A stretch of DNA of 64,000 bases. It comes from a virus. The stretch is taken from the IMG/VR virus record IMGVR_UViG_3300035698_008372, positions 1 to 64,000 of that record; one strand, 5' to 3'. The translations under genes were made by a program, and so were the position numbers. Below, one piece after another: positions 46,569 to 56,212 of the stretch (position 1 is the stretch's first letter; each line of letters begins with the position of its first letter). The notes under the pieces were generated by a model. It was not told where the DNA came from. It searched no databases and saw nothing but the letters and a program-made list of their open reading frames with translations.

Positions 46569-46597
46569 TTGACTTCGTCATTATTTCGTCGTATATT
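46569..46597 (+). promoter_or_regulatory. Early promoter repeat, copy 9
   Basis: TTGACT-17-TATATT. Confidence 0.8.
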
Positions 46598-47017
46598 CAG
46601 GTATGAAAGAAAAGGATAACCAAATGAGCAAGACTTTAAAAGATTTACAGGCAGAGAAAAGACAATTATTAGTAAAATTCGATAGAATCTGCAGTATGCA
46701 TTCGGGAGCGGATCATAGGGTTCAGAATATGTTGGTATTAATCAGAGAAAATAAAAGGGCAATCGCCAAAATGGGGGAAACCAAATAATGACTATAGGCA
46801 AAGGAATCGCGTTTGGGTCACTATTTTTCTCGGTGGCACTGATTTGCATATTCGCACCGGCCGCGAGCTTCATCGCAATAGTTCTGGGGGTTATTGGGTC
46901 CATGTCAATCGCTGAGGCCGATTAATGCCCGAGTTGCTTGTAATAATGGGTGAAGCGATTCTGCTATTCTTATTTTTGGAATAATGATTTATAAACGAGT
47001 ACAAAGATAAAATTTTA

Positions 47018-47110
47018 GGGGGGCGTTGGTTACTCACCTACCACAGCCGGCGTCACCCCGCACCATTACAAAAACCCCCTCCTTTCTTATCACCTCTGGG
47101 GGTTTTTTCT
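47018..47110 (+). ncRNA. Candidate structured RNA (two hairpins, the second terminator-like)
   Basis: 14-bp GC-rich stem 47018-47059 and stem 47070-47107 with C/U-rich loops, in non-coding DNA. Confidence 0.35.
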
Positions 47111-47132
47111 TTGCCGCATTGCAAAATAACGG

Positions 47133-47161
47133 TTGACTTTGTCAGTATAATCTTGTATCTT
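47133..47161 (+). promoter_or_regulatory. Early promoter repeat, copy 10
   Basis: TTGACT-17-TATCTT. Confidence 0.85.
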
Positions 47162-48252
47162 CAGGTATGATAAGAAAAGGAAAACAAATGACAAATTTAC
47201 CATACACTTTTGATTTATTTTGGGATATCAAAGATACCGAAACACTTACAAGAGAGCTCAATTGGGCTATTGAAAAAGTTGGTGATATGATTGAGGCAAT
47301 GGAAGGTCATAAAATTGAAATGGCCCCTGACACCATCGAAAAATTGGACAAATTAAAAAAAATATTGGAGATCAAATAATGAGTGAGCGAGAATTCGTTT
47401 TAAGAGACGAAACAGGTGATAGGGATACTATTCTATTGATAACCCCAGATACTTGGACATTGAAAGTCGTTCAAGATTACATCAGTGGGTCAGATTATAG
47501 TGTATATGAATTTTCATATTGGTCTACTAAAATGGTCAATGATAATACATTGATTATGACAATTGAAGATTGGGAAAATAGGTAAAATGAAATATCTAGT
47601 ACGACCCCGTGATTTCCACATATACGAATTGGATGAATCCAATGGATGTTATAGATCGTATTCATGTAGAAGTGTAACATATTCAGATGGTACACGACCA
47701 AATGCCCAATCACATTTTACATTTGAAAATTTAACGGAAAATTATGATTTTATCAGTATTGATAATTCGGAACTTCCGGCCTATGAAGAAAAGCATCAAT
47801 TGTATTTGGACTATACATCATGGGCAACAAGATCAGATGGTCATGGTGGTTCAAAGGGTGGCACAATGGGAGAATATTTAAGGCGGAGAAAATGAGAAAA
47901 AAATAAAAGCGTCAATCCTATTTTCGTTTATAATGGTGTTACTGCTCCAATATGTCACTAGTGGATTGTTATGGCTATGTTGGGGAGCGGCCCTATTTTT
48001 GGGCCAATTGATGATTTGGGAAGAATTATAAAATGAATACTGTAAAGACTGCAAACGGCATTAGGGAAATCGTACCGGTATATTGTGAATGGACTGGAAA
48101 ACAATTGTGTTGGGCAACCGTACCCGAATGTCCAATAATGGAAGGTGCAACACCGGCGTATCTTAGTTTTAAAGTTGTTGATACCGACGGTAAGGTATTA
48201 ATGGATTTATCGGATTGTCATACATTCTAAAGCGTTTCATCTAACTACACTT

Positions 48253-48278
48253 AGGGCTCTCTATTGAGGGCCTTTTTT
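48253..48278 (+). terminator. Intrinsic terminator closing island 2
   Basis: GGCTCTC-TATT-GAGGGCC plus T run. Confidence 0.75.
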
Positions 48279-48401
48279 GTGTCCAATAATAAAACTACTA
48301 AAAAACTCATAGGAAAAAAAACATGAAAACGGGCCGTTTTTTAAGTTTATGATATTTATATACGAATAAAGATATTTTAAATTTAAACAAGGAGAATACA
48401 G

Positions 48402-48893
48402 ATGGCCGATTTGATTGATGCTTCTGAGATTTTTTTCACCCCATTCGAACCAAAGGTTAAAAACAGATATATAATGTATATCGAAGGAATCCCTGCATAT
48501 CTTATTAAGACCGCAGCAAGACCTTCAATCACGTTTGAAGAGATTGAATTAAATCATATAAATGTAAAACGATATGTAAAGGGCAAGGGTTCATGGGAAC
48601 CTTTGGATATTACTCTTTACGATCCAGTAGTTCCATCAGCTGCACAAGCGTGCATGGAATGGGTTCGTTTAGGACATGAATCTGTGACTGGCCGTGATGG
48701 TTATTCGGATTTTTACAAAAAAGATATTACCATTAATGTACTAGGACCCGTGGGCGACAAAGTCGAGGAGTGGACGCTAAAGGGAGCGTGGATTACCAAT
48801 TTCAATGGTAATGATTTAGACTGGGCATCCGGAGCTGACGCGATGGAAATTAGTCTGAGCCTTCGCTACGATTATGCAATTTTACAATACTAG
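48402..48893 (+). CDS. Tail tube protein (gp19-like)
   Basis: FEPK..NRY, W..L.ITLYDP, YKKD.....LGPVGD.VEEW.LKGAW, L.YDYA. Confidence 0.9.
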   Translation: MADLIDASEIFFTPFEPKVKNRYIMYIEGIPAYLIKTAARPSITFEEIELNHINVKRYVKGKGSWEPLDITLYDPVVPSAAQACMEWVRLGHESVTGRDGYSDFYKKDITINVLGPVGDKVEEWTLKGAWITNFNGNDLDWASGADAMEISLSLRYDYAILQY

Positions 48894-48902
48894 GAGATAC
48901 TC

Positions 48903-49091
48903 GTGGAACTAAAAAATAGAAAATTGACTGTAGCCGCGGTAGTATTTGCCGTGGCATCACTCATGCTATGGGGTGGGGCATTAACCGCTGTATTATGGGT
49001 GGAATTGGTAAAATGGATTCTAATCACATTTGCCGGTGGTAATGGATTTGAACACGCGGCTAGTGCATATAAAGCTAAAGCTGGAGAATAA
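48903..49091 (+). CDS. Small two-TM protein (holin-like)
   Basis: RK followed by two hydrophobic helices; AGGAG SD, GTG start. Confidence 0.45.
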   Translation: MELKNRKLTVAAVVFAVASLMLWGGALTAVLWVELVKWILITFAGGNGFEHAASAYKAKAGE

Positions 49092-49099
49092 CAACATTA

Positions 49100-49133
49100 T
49101 GGGCACTCGATATCTAATTTGGGTGCCCTTTTT
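49100..49133 (+). terminator. Intrinsic terminator
   Basis: GGGCAC...GTGCCC plus T run. Confidence 0.7.
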
Positions 49134-49199
49134 AAAATAATTTAATAAAGGTTTTTAACCAAAAACAAAAACAACGTAAGAAAACAAAGAGGAGTTATT

Positions 49200-49976
49200 A
49201 TGAGCGAAGAAATGAAATTTCCGAGTGAAATTGTTTCATTGCCGTCCAAGGGATTTTTCTATCCAGAAGATAGTCCATTGGCCAAAGGTGAATTAGAGAT
49301 GCGGTATATGACCGCTAAGGATGAAGATATTCTAACATCCCAAAATTTAATAAGAAGGGGGGTGGTTATCGACAAGTTATTAAAGTCCTTAGTAGTTGAC
49401 AAATCTATTAATTTAGATTCAATGCTTATTGGAGACAAAAATGCATTGATGGTAGCGGCCCGCGTATTAGGATATGGTAAAGATTACGGCTTTGAAGTAG
49501 ACTGCCCAGCCTGTACCGAACACAATAAGGATAATGTGGATTTAACCCAATTATCCGAAAAATCCGTCAGTTTTGATGGTCTTGAAAAGGGAGTAAATGA
49601 ATTCTCTTGAACACTTCCAAATTCCAAAGTTGAAGTAAAATTTAAATTGCTCACCCAAAAGGATGAACGTGAAATCGACGAGGAATTGAAGGGTCTTAAG
49701 AAAATCTCAAAGGGCTCTGGAGCCGATAGTGATATCACCACACGCCTGAAAAAGGTGTTACTTGAAGTTAATGGAAAATCCGAAAGGTCTTATATTAATG
49801 CATTTGTGGATACCAGCTTCCTAGCAGTGGATTCACTACCATTCAGAGAGCATCTAAAGAGTATTACTCCAGATGTGGATATGACATATTACTTTGAATG
49901 CTCATCCTGTTCACATGCAGAGGAGGTATCCGTCCCAATGACGGTTCAGTTTTTTTGGCCTTCCTCCAGAGTATAG
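49200..49976 (+). CDS. Baseplate hub/tail assembly chaperone (gp26-like), 1 in-frame TGA (49608)
   Basis: LPSKG.FYP, MTAKDEDIL, CPAC...CSSC, terminal FFWP. Confidence 0.8.
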
Positions 49977-50181
49977 GGTAACCGTACACGAGGAAATATA
50001 CACACTTTGTTATCATGGAAACGGCGGGTTCAATCATACCGAGGTATATCACATGCCAGTATGGCTCCGCCGTTTCTATATCAAAATGATACAAAAATCC
50101 CTTAAAGAAGAACAGGATGCATACGATGCATCCCAAGGTAAAAATAAGGGAATGGCCCGCGGTCCACAACTGAAAACTTAG
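49957..50181 (+). CDS. Probable frameshift extension of the tail assembly chaperone (gp51/gpT-like)
   Basis: Open frame GLPPEYR..HEEIY.L.YHG.GGF...EVYHMPVWLRRFYI starting at a T7 run; no suitable own start. Confidence 0.65.
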   Translation, partial: GLPPEYRVTVHEEIYTLCYHGNGGFNHTEVYHMPVWLRRFYIKMIQKSLKEEQDAYDASQGKNKGMARGPQLKT

Positions 50182-50235
50182 GAATTTGATATTTATATGC
50201 GGACAATCACATAAACAAAATCACGGAGATGCAAA

Positions 50236-50463
50236 ATGGGAATAATGGATATGCTAGATGATTTCTTATCTTTTTTACTTAGAAATGATAAGAAAGGCGC
50301 ACAAAAATATATAGAAAATCATCCAGAAATAAAAAAACATAAAAAGGAATTGAAGAAGGCTATAAAAGATGCCAATGACGCGTGGGACAAGGTGGATTTT
50401 TCCCAGCTTGAAAATGTTGTTACAAAAAAAGAATTCATGTCTGAGCATTTCAAACGAAAATAA
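50236..50463 (+). CDS. Hypothetical protein
   Basis: TATTTATA and GGAG upstream. Confidence 0.65.
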   Translation: MGIMDMLDDFLSFLLRNDKKGAQKYIENHPEIKKHKKELKKAIKDANDAWDKVDFSQLENVVTKKEFMSEHFKRK

Positions 50464-50483
50464 ATTAATTAGGATCAACTAAA

Positions 50484-53018
50484 ATGGCTAAACAAAAACC
50501 AATCCAAGTCACATCCAAGGAACGCACGGACCTTTTAAAGAAAGAGATTGCCATAAATGACAGGTTGATTGATCAAGCCGAAGAAAAAGTAAAACAAGGT
50601 GTAATTCTCAAAGATACTGAAGAGAAAACATTATTACAGTTAAAAAATCAGAATAAGGAAAAAAAGAAACAACTACGAGCTTCCAAATCCCAGGTTGATA
50701 TTGCTAGTGACCTTTCAAAACGGATGCGGAATCTATCGGAATCTGGACAAGAGGTTGCACGAAATTCGTTAAATTGGTCGGCTACTTTAAAAACCATAAA
50801 ATTGACAACCGACAAAACTTCCGATTCGGCCGAACTGTTAAACGATTTGTCCAAACAACATGCCCAGCTGGGGCTAACCGTACTTGAAAATCAAGAAAAC
50901 CTAAATTCCAAAGAGCACGAATCGGTGGATTTATCATCGCATTTAAACGATTTGTATGCTGCTAGAAAACAAGTAAAGAATGATATCAGTCTGGATGATG
51001 AAAAAGCTAGAAAACAATATATAAATATAATCGACGCTGAAATCAAAACGGCCGTAGTCCTTGAAAAGCAGGCTAAAATGAAAGATTTGATTATTGATAA
51101 AACTGACGAATTAAATGGTAAAATCAGTGATATGCAAAAAAAATGGGATGATGTCAAAGCCAAAGTAGTGTCTATAGTTAAAAACCCAATCACGGCACTC
51201 AAGGTGGGAATTCTGGCTATTGGTGTTGGATTGGTGGCCATGGGTAAGAAAATGTTTGAATTTGGAAATGAGACTGGATTTTCTTATACACAATTATCCG
51301 AATTCGGACCAGCAGTGATGTTCGCTAAAGATGAAATGAATGCCCTGTTAACTGAAACTGGATCATTGAATGGTGTAACCTATGACACATTAATTGATAT
51401 GAAATTGTTGTCACTTCAATATGGAGTCTCCGCAGAATCTGCAGCAAAATTATCCACTCAAATAATGGCCGTATCTGGTTTAACCAGAGAGGCGGCGTTG
51501 GATAGTCTTAAAATGGTGGGTAGTCTGGCACGAGCCGAAGGTGTTGCTCCAGCGGCAGTGATGGAAGACATAGCCGAAAATTCGGAATTTTTTGCTAGTT
51601 TTGCAAAGGCTGGTGGTGATAACTTGACAATGGCCGCTATCGAAGCTAGAAAATTGGGTATTAATTTGGGGACAGTGTCAAAAATATCCGATGGGTTATT
51701 GGACTTCGAAAGCTCGATAGAAAAATCAATGGAAGCTTCAGTATTATTGGGTAGGAATATCAATTTGGATAGGGCCCGTGGCTTGGCAATTAACGGTAAT
51801 GTGGTTGAAATGCAGAGAGAAGTATTATCCCTAGTGGGGAGCCAATCACAATTTGAAAGCATGAATGTTATTCAACGCAGGGCACTCGCTGACGCGATAG
51901 GTGTTGGTGTGGATGAACTATCTAAAATGATAGTGAACCAAGAAAATCTTAATAAAAGAACTGATAAACAGATTGCGTCAGATGAAGCTCGTGCCGATAT
52001 GATTGAAAGTCTTAAAAAGGCTATAATGGCACTGAATGTGGCGATACAACCTTTTGTCACATCATTGGGTGAGAAAGTGATTCCATATTTGGAATGGATG
52101 GTTGAAAATTTGGGAACACTTGTTAAATGGACTGGGACATTTGTAGCTCTATGGGCCGCTAAAAAGTTAGCAACTGGTATATGGAATGCCGGTGCTGGAA
52201 TTTTAAGCATGATGAAAAATGTGAAAACATTGTCGGCCTTGGGACTGAGCAAGGGTATTACAGCGATTAAAAATATGGGTAGTGGTGGATTATCCAAAGA
52301 CAATGGTGGCCGATTGAGAGATGCTAAGGGCAGATTCGCAAAAGCACCAAAACCAAAAGGCAAGGGTGGACTTGGATTTGTAGAAAAAATGAACCCCAAG
52401 AAAATGTTGGCTGGAGCTGCAGCGATGTTAATAATATCCGCGGCATTATTTGTAACTGCTAAAGCATTGATAGAATTTAATAAAGTGGATTGGCCCAGCT
52501 TGGGTAAAGCCGCGTTAGCATTGGGTGGATTGGTACTGGCCGTTTTGGCATTGGGGGCTATAATGACTAGTGGAGTTGGAACTGTAGCTATATTGGCCGG
52601 AGCTGCCGCGATGGCAATAATGGCCGGAGGATTATTGGTATTGGGATTGGCCATCCAATCAATAGCAACTGGGTTCGCAATGTTGGAACCTACATTGGCA
52701 AAATTGGCACCAATGACCGCATCAATTTTAAGTCTGGGAGGAGCTCTTGGAGAATTAGGCTGGGGTATGACAAAACTGGCAGGCGGTGCATTATTACTTA
52801 CTCCATTCCTACCAGTGTTGGGCAAATTGACTGGACTCACCACAGGTGGAAATGTGAATGTGTCTGGAGACGGAAATATGGTATCACAATCGACTGACAT
52901 GAAAGAAACAAATGGATTATTAACTAAACTGGTGGATGTTAATTCTAGGTTACTACAACAGAATGAATTATTAATGGGTAAGCTTACAAATAAGGTTGCC
53001 GACTTGGGAGTAGCATAA
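50484..53018 (+). CDS. Tape measure protein
   Basis: 844 aa, helical, A/G/L-rich hydrophobic C-terminal repeats; follows the chaperone. Confidence 0.85.
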   Translation: MAKQKPIQVTSKERTDLLKKEIAINDRLIDQAEEKVKQGVILKDTEEKTLLQLKNQNKEKKKQLRASKSQVDIASDLSKRMRNLSESGQEVARNSLNWSATLKTIKLTTDKTSDSAELLNDLSKQHAQLGLTVLENQENLNSKEHESVDLSSHLNDLYAARKQVKNDISLDDEKARKQYINIIDAEIKTAVVLEKQAKMKDLIIDKTDELNGKISDMQKKWDDVKAKVVSIVKNPITALKVGILAIGVGLVAMGKKMFEFGNETGFSYTQLSEFGPAVMFAKDEMNALLTETGSLNGVTYDTLIDMKLLSLQYGVSAESAAKLSTQIMAVSGLTREAALDSLKMVGSLARAEGVAPAAVMEDIAENSEFFASFAKAGGDNLTMAAIEARKLGINLGTVSKISDGLLDFESSIEKSMEASVLLGRNINLDRARGLAINGNVVEMQREVLSLVGSQSQFESMNVIQRRALADAIGVGVDELSKMIVNQENLNKRTDKQIASDEARADMIESLKKAIMALNVAIQPFVTSLGEKVIPYLEWMVENLGTLVKWTGTFVALWAAKKLATGIWNAGAGILSMMKNVKTLSALGLSKGITAIKNMGSGGLSKDNGGRLRDAKGRFAKAPKPKGKGGLGFVEKMNPKKMLAGAAAMLIISAALFVTAKALIEFNKVDWPSLGKAALALGGLVLAVLALGAIMTSGVGTVAILAGAAAMAIMAGGLLVLGLAIQSIATGFAMLEPTLAKLAPMTASILSLGGALGELGWGMTKLAGGALLLTPFLPVLGKLTGLTTGGNVNVSGDGNMVSQSTDMKETNGLLTKLVDVNSRLLQQNELLMGKLTNKVADLGVA

Positions 53019-55891
53019 TGGGTATATTAGATTTAACAAGTGACCTATCAAAAAATGCGGGGATTAATTTGAGTGTCCACGGTGAAAGGCATGGGGGGAC
53101 TGAACCCGGTGGTTTGCCAGTACACCCCGATGGACATTCTATATTGGATAACTCGGCCGGCGACAATTTAAGTGAGCACGGTGGCCGTCATGGTGGCACT
53201 TCAAATGAAACACCATCACGACCATCGCATTCCCCTAATCATTCTTCATTGGACAATGGGGTTGGCAATTCAAGTAATGCACAAACATTTGATGATGGGC
53301 ATGGATATACTGTTACTGGAAATAAATATTGGACAAGACCAAATGCCAGTGCATTGGCACAGATGTTAGAATCGGTGGGTGGTACATATACTCCTACTGG
53401 AGAAGGTGTACAAACTGGACCAGTAAATTATTTTAGTGGTATAAGTGGTGAGTGGGGTGCCGGAACGTCACCTCTTGGATTCACATTTGGATTCACTGAT
53501 AAGAATTCGTCTGAGTTGACACGCGGTACTGAACAGGTAATAACATTGCCAACATCCTATCCCAAAACAAGATCAGTATTCAATCACTACACTATTCCAG
53601 CCTTTGAGAGCTCTATTTATTACGACGCTGATACAGATATGGCCGCTCCATCACACAATCCAGGTACTATCATCACACGGCAAATGGGTAGAACTACTCC
53701 ACCTCCAGGATTATCGGCAACACACGCGGCTATTAACACATCATTTCCAGAGGGCCAACCTACATTTCATATTTCAAAACAACATGGCTTTACTGGGGAA
53801 TATGGGGTGCAAGATAGAGAATCTGGAACATACATATTAAATACTCCAGAAACTGTTCCGTCCGCCCCATTATTATTTGCAGGACTTTTTGGATTAAATA
53901 AGGGGAGTAGGTTTTCAGACTTGGCAGACCCCGCACAATTGAAATACCCATCTGCTGATATATTTGGAACATCGTATTCAGAAATGACTTCATTGGGCTC
54001 CAATATAACAATTCCTGAGACATCATTGGATAAATTTCAACAATATACTGGAGAGGACACGTTTACTAATTATTTTGCAAGAAGATCACGATATGACAAA
54101 ACTACATTTGACACCCTATCCATAGGGAATTATTCATCAGAATTTCAACTTGGTAAGGCCAAAGAAAATTCGCCAGAGTTTGATAACGAGGGGTTCAAAA
54201 AATCGCTGGCGTATGCTGGAAAAAATAGAGAAGGGGATGGCCAACTTGGATGGGAAACTTCAATCTCCACAATTACAAAGGGACCCAAATCCAATCTGGC
54301 CAAATTGCACAAAGATGGTACGGATAATGTGGATAGTCTTGAAGATTATTATGGTCGGGGATTCAAAAAGGATAACAACCTTGCATATAGAAATGACAAT
54401 GTGATTGGATTCGATCAACCCTATTTCCTTAAAGAAATTGGGGATAGATGGGGAATAGATGCCATGGGCGATACCGATATCGGTGTTGTTAGGGGTGGTT
54501 TGAACACCGCTATAGCAAGAACTATTGCCGATGAAATAAGAATTGCAAAATTTATTCTTACTCCAAAGGGAATTGTGTTTGCATTAAAACAGGCTGTATT
54601 TCAGAGATTTAATACGAGAGCCGAAACTAGATTGTGGAATCCGATTTCACTATTTACTTCAGTGATTCCGGCTATACATGGCCAACGGCATGTGGATCAA
54701 ACTAGACCACAATTTGCACCAACCGCTCCAGCGGATATTTTAAAAGACCCCGCAAAATGATTTAAACAAAAAGCGGAAGGTGTGTTGAATACAGGACCCG
54801 CCCAAGATTCTGGTATTGATACGGCTAAAACGTCATTGGAACATTATTTTGCAAAAGAGAGGGCTATATTGGATTATGAAGTTAATCCTTTGGCGGCCGA
54901 AATTGATAAATTTCTAGGTATTCCAAGTGAAATGAGCCGTGAAATTGATAGGGTTCGCCAAATATCCACTGGTGAAAAGAGCAAGACTCAGTTCGGCCCT
55001 TTTGCTGGAAATTGGAAAGGGGACCCACTCAATCAAGTTGTTGCAGATGTTGGTGACCCTGGAGCACATGGGGAACTTAAAGAAATTGAAAATCTGGGGT
55101 ATATCAAATCAAATCTGGGTGATAACAATATAGTAACTTCAAACTTGGACAGGGTCAACGCATTGCCTTATGGACTTGTTGGTGGTTTGGAACCCGGATC
55201 AGAGGGCACCAATGGATTGGGGAAAGTTACGGATTTCATTCCATTTAAATTCAAAGATGCTGTTAATAATAAATGAATTATTTTCAGAGCTATATTGTCA
55301 GGGATATCCGATAGTGTATCTCCAGAATGGTCAGAAGAGCGGTATATTGGCCGACCAGATAAGGTTTATACATATACTGGAGTGGATAGGGAAATTAGCT
55401 TCAATTTTAATATATATCCAAAGACAAAACAGGAACTGCCTATCTTGTGGGAAAAAATGAATTATTTAGTTGGGATGTGTTATCCTAGCTGGAAAACATT
55501 CACTAATACTAATTCACAACGTATGATATCACCATTTGCCGAATTAACAATAGGCAATTTATGGAAGAATGCTCCTGGATTTCTAACTAGTTTGTCTATT
55601 ACAGTGGAAGATAATACCACATGGGAAATGGATGAGCATTTTCAATTGCCCAAGCATTTGAGTGTTAGTGTTGGGTATAAATACATTGGGAAATATAATC
55701 CCGATCAACTTGGCAAACATTATGAATTGGATTGGTTGGATTTACAACACCAAAAAGATAATATCAATGGAGACCCAGATAAAGGAATTGCTCCAAAAGC
55801 AGCATTCGGTGGTTATCCTGATAGAAATACGGATGCATTGGATTTGAGGGGTTTATTTGATGCTCTAGGTCAAGCTGGTAATGGCGATTAA
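53018..55891 (+). CDS. Baseplate/tail-tube initiator-like protein, 2 in-frame TGA (54758, 55274)
   Basis: Three track ORFs in one frame; C-terminal FRA.LSGISD...W....YIGR....Y.YTG..R.ISF.F tube-like domain. Confidence 0.7.
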
Positions 55892-55907
55892 TTGGGAGAA
55901 TTAAAAA

Positions 55908-56207
55908 ATGGGTAGATATTCATATACAGGTATAAAAAATAGTAGTACTGGGGCCCGAGCGTTCAAGACTACATTATACCCAAAAATAGATATATTAGAT
56001 AGTGACATTTTTACAATTTCAAAAAAGGGTGATCGTCTTGATATGTTGGCATATAAATATTATGGTGACACATCGTTATGGTGGATTATAGCACTTGCAA
56101 ATGATATTGATGACGCAACATTTGTTTTGAAATCGTCCATTGAATTGAGAATACCCACAGATACCAGTAAAATAATATCCGATATGGAAAGTCTAAATAA
56201 AGAGTAA
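55908..56207 (+). CDS. LysM-like baseplate protein (gp53/TailX-like)
   Basis: GDRLDMLAYKYYGD.SLWWIIA.AN. Confidence 0.85.
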   Translation: MGRYSYTGIKNSSTGARAFKTTLYPKIDILDSDIFTISKKGDRLDMLAYKYYGDTSLWWIIALANDIDDATFVLKSSIELRIPTDTSKIISDMESLNKE

Positions 56208-56212
56208 TAATA

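Larger units (their letters stand above)
45489..48230 (+). other. Small hypothetical early genes (45489, 45953, 46221, 46624, 47188, 47379, 47587, 48033)
   Basis: ORF track; downstream of promoter repeats. Confidence 0.65.

Noticed and set aside
47018-47065. tRNA or suppressor tRNA (GC-rich stem ending near CCA)
   Set aside because: Only about 48 nt, a single hairpin with no D or T arms. No tRNA was recognised by eye in the window; a covariance-model scan is still needed.
33955-47895. Terminal TGAs of early genes (33955, 45954, 47893; also 28520) as proof that TGA is still a stop
   Set aside because: Each has a TAA or TAG within 3-22 codons, so either reading is viable; only suggestive.
51872-52900. 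342-aa minus-strand ORF and other antisense ORFs such as 20837..21202
   Set aside because: Shadows of low-complexity plus-strand genes (tape measure, acidic scaffold) with no supporting promoter or recognisable motif.
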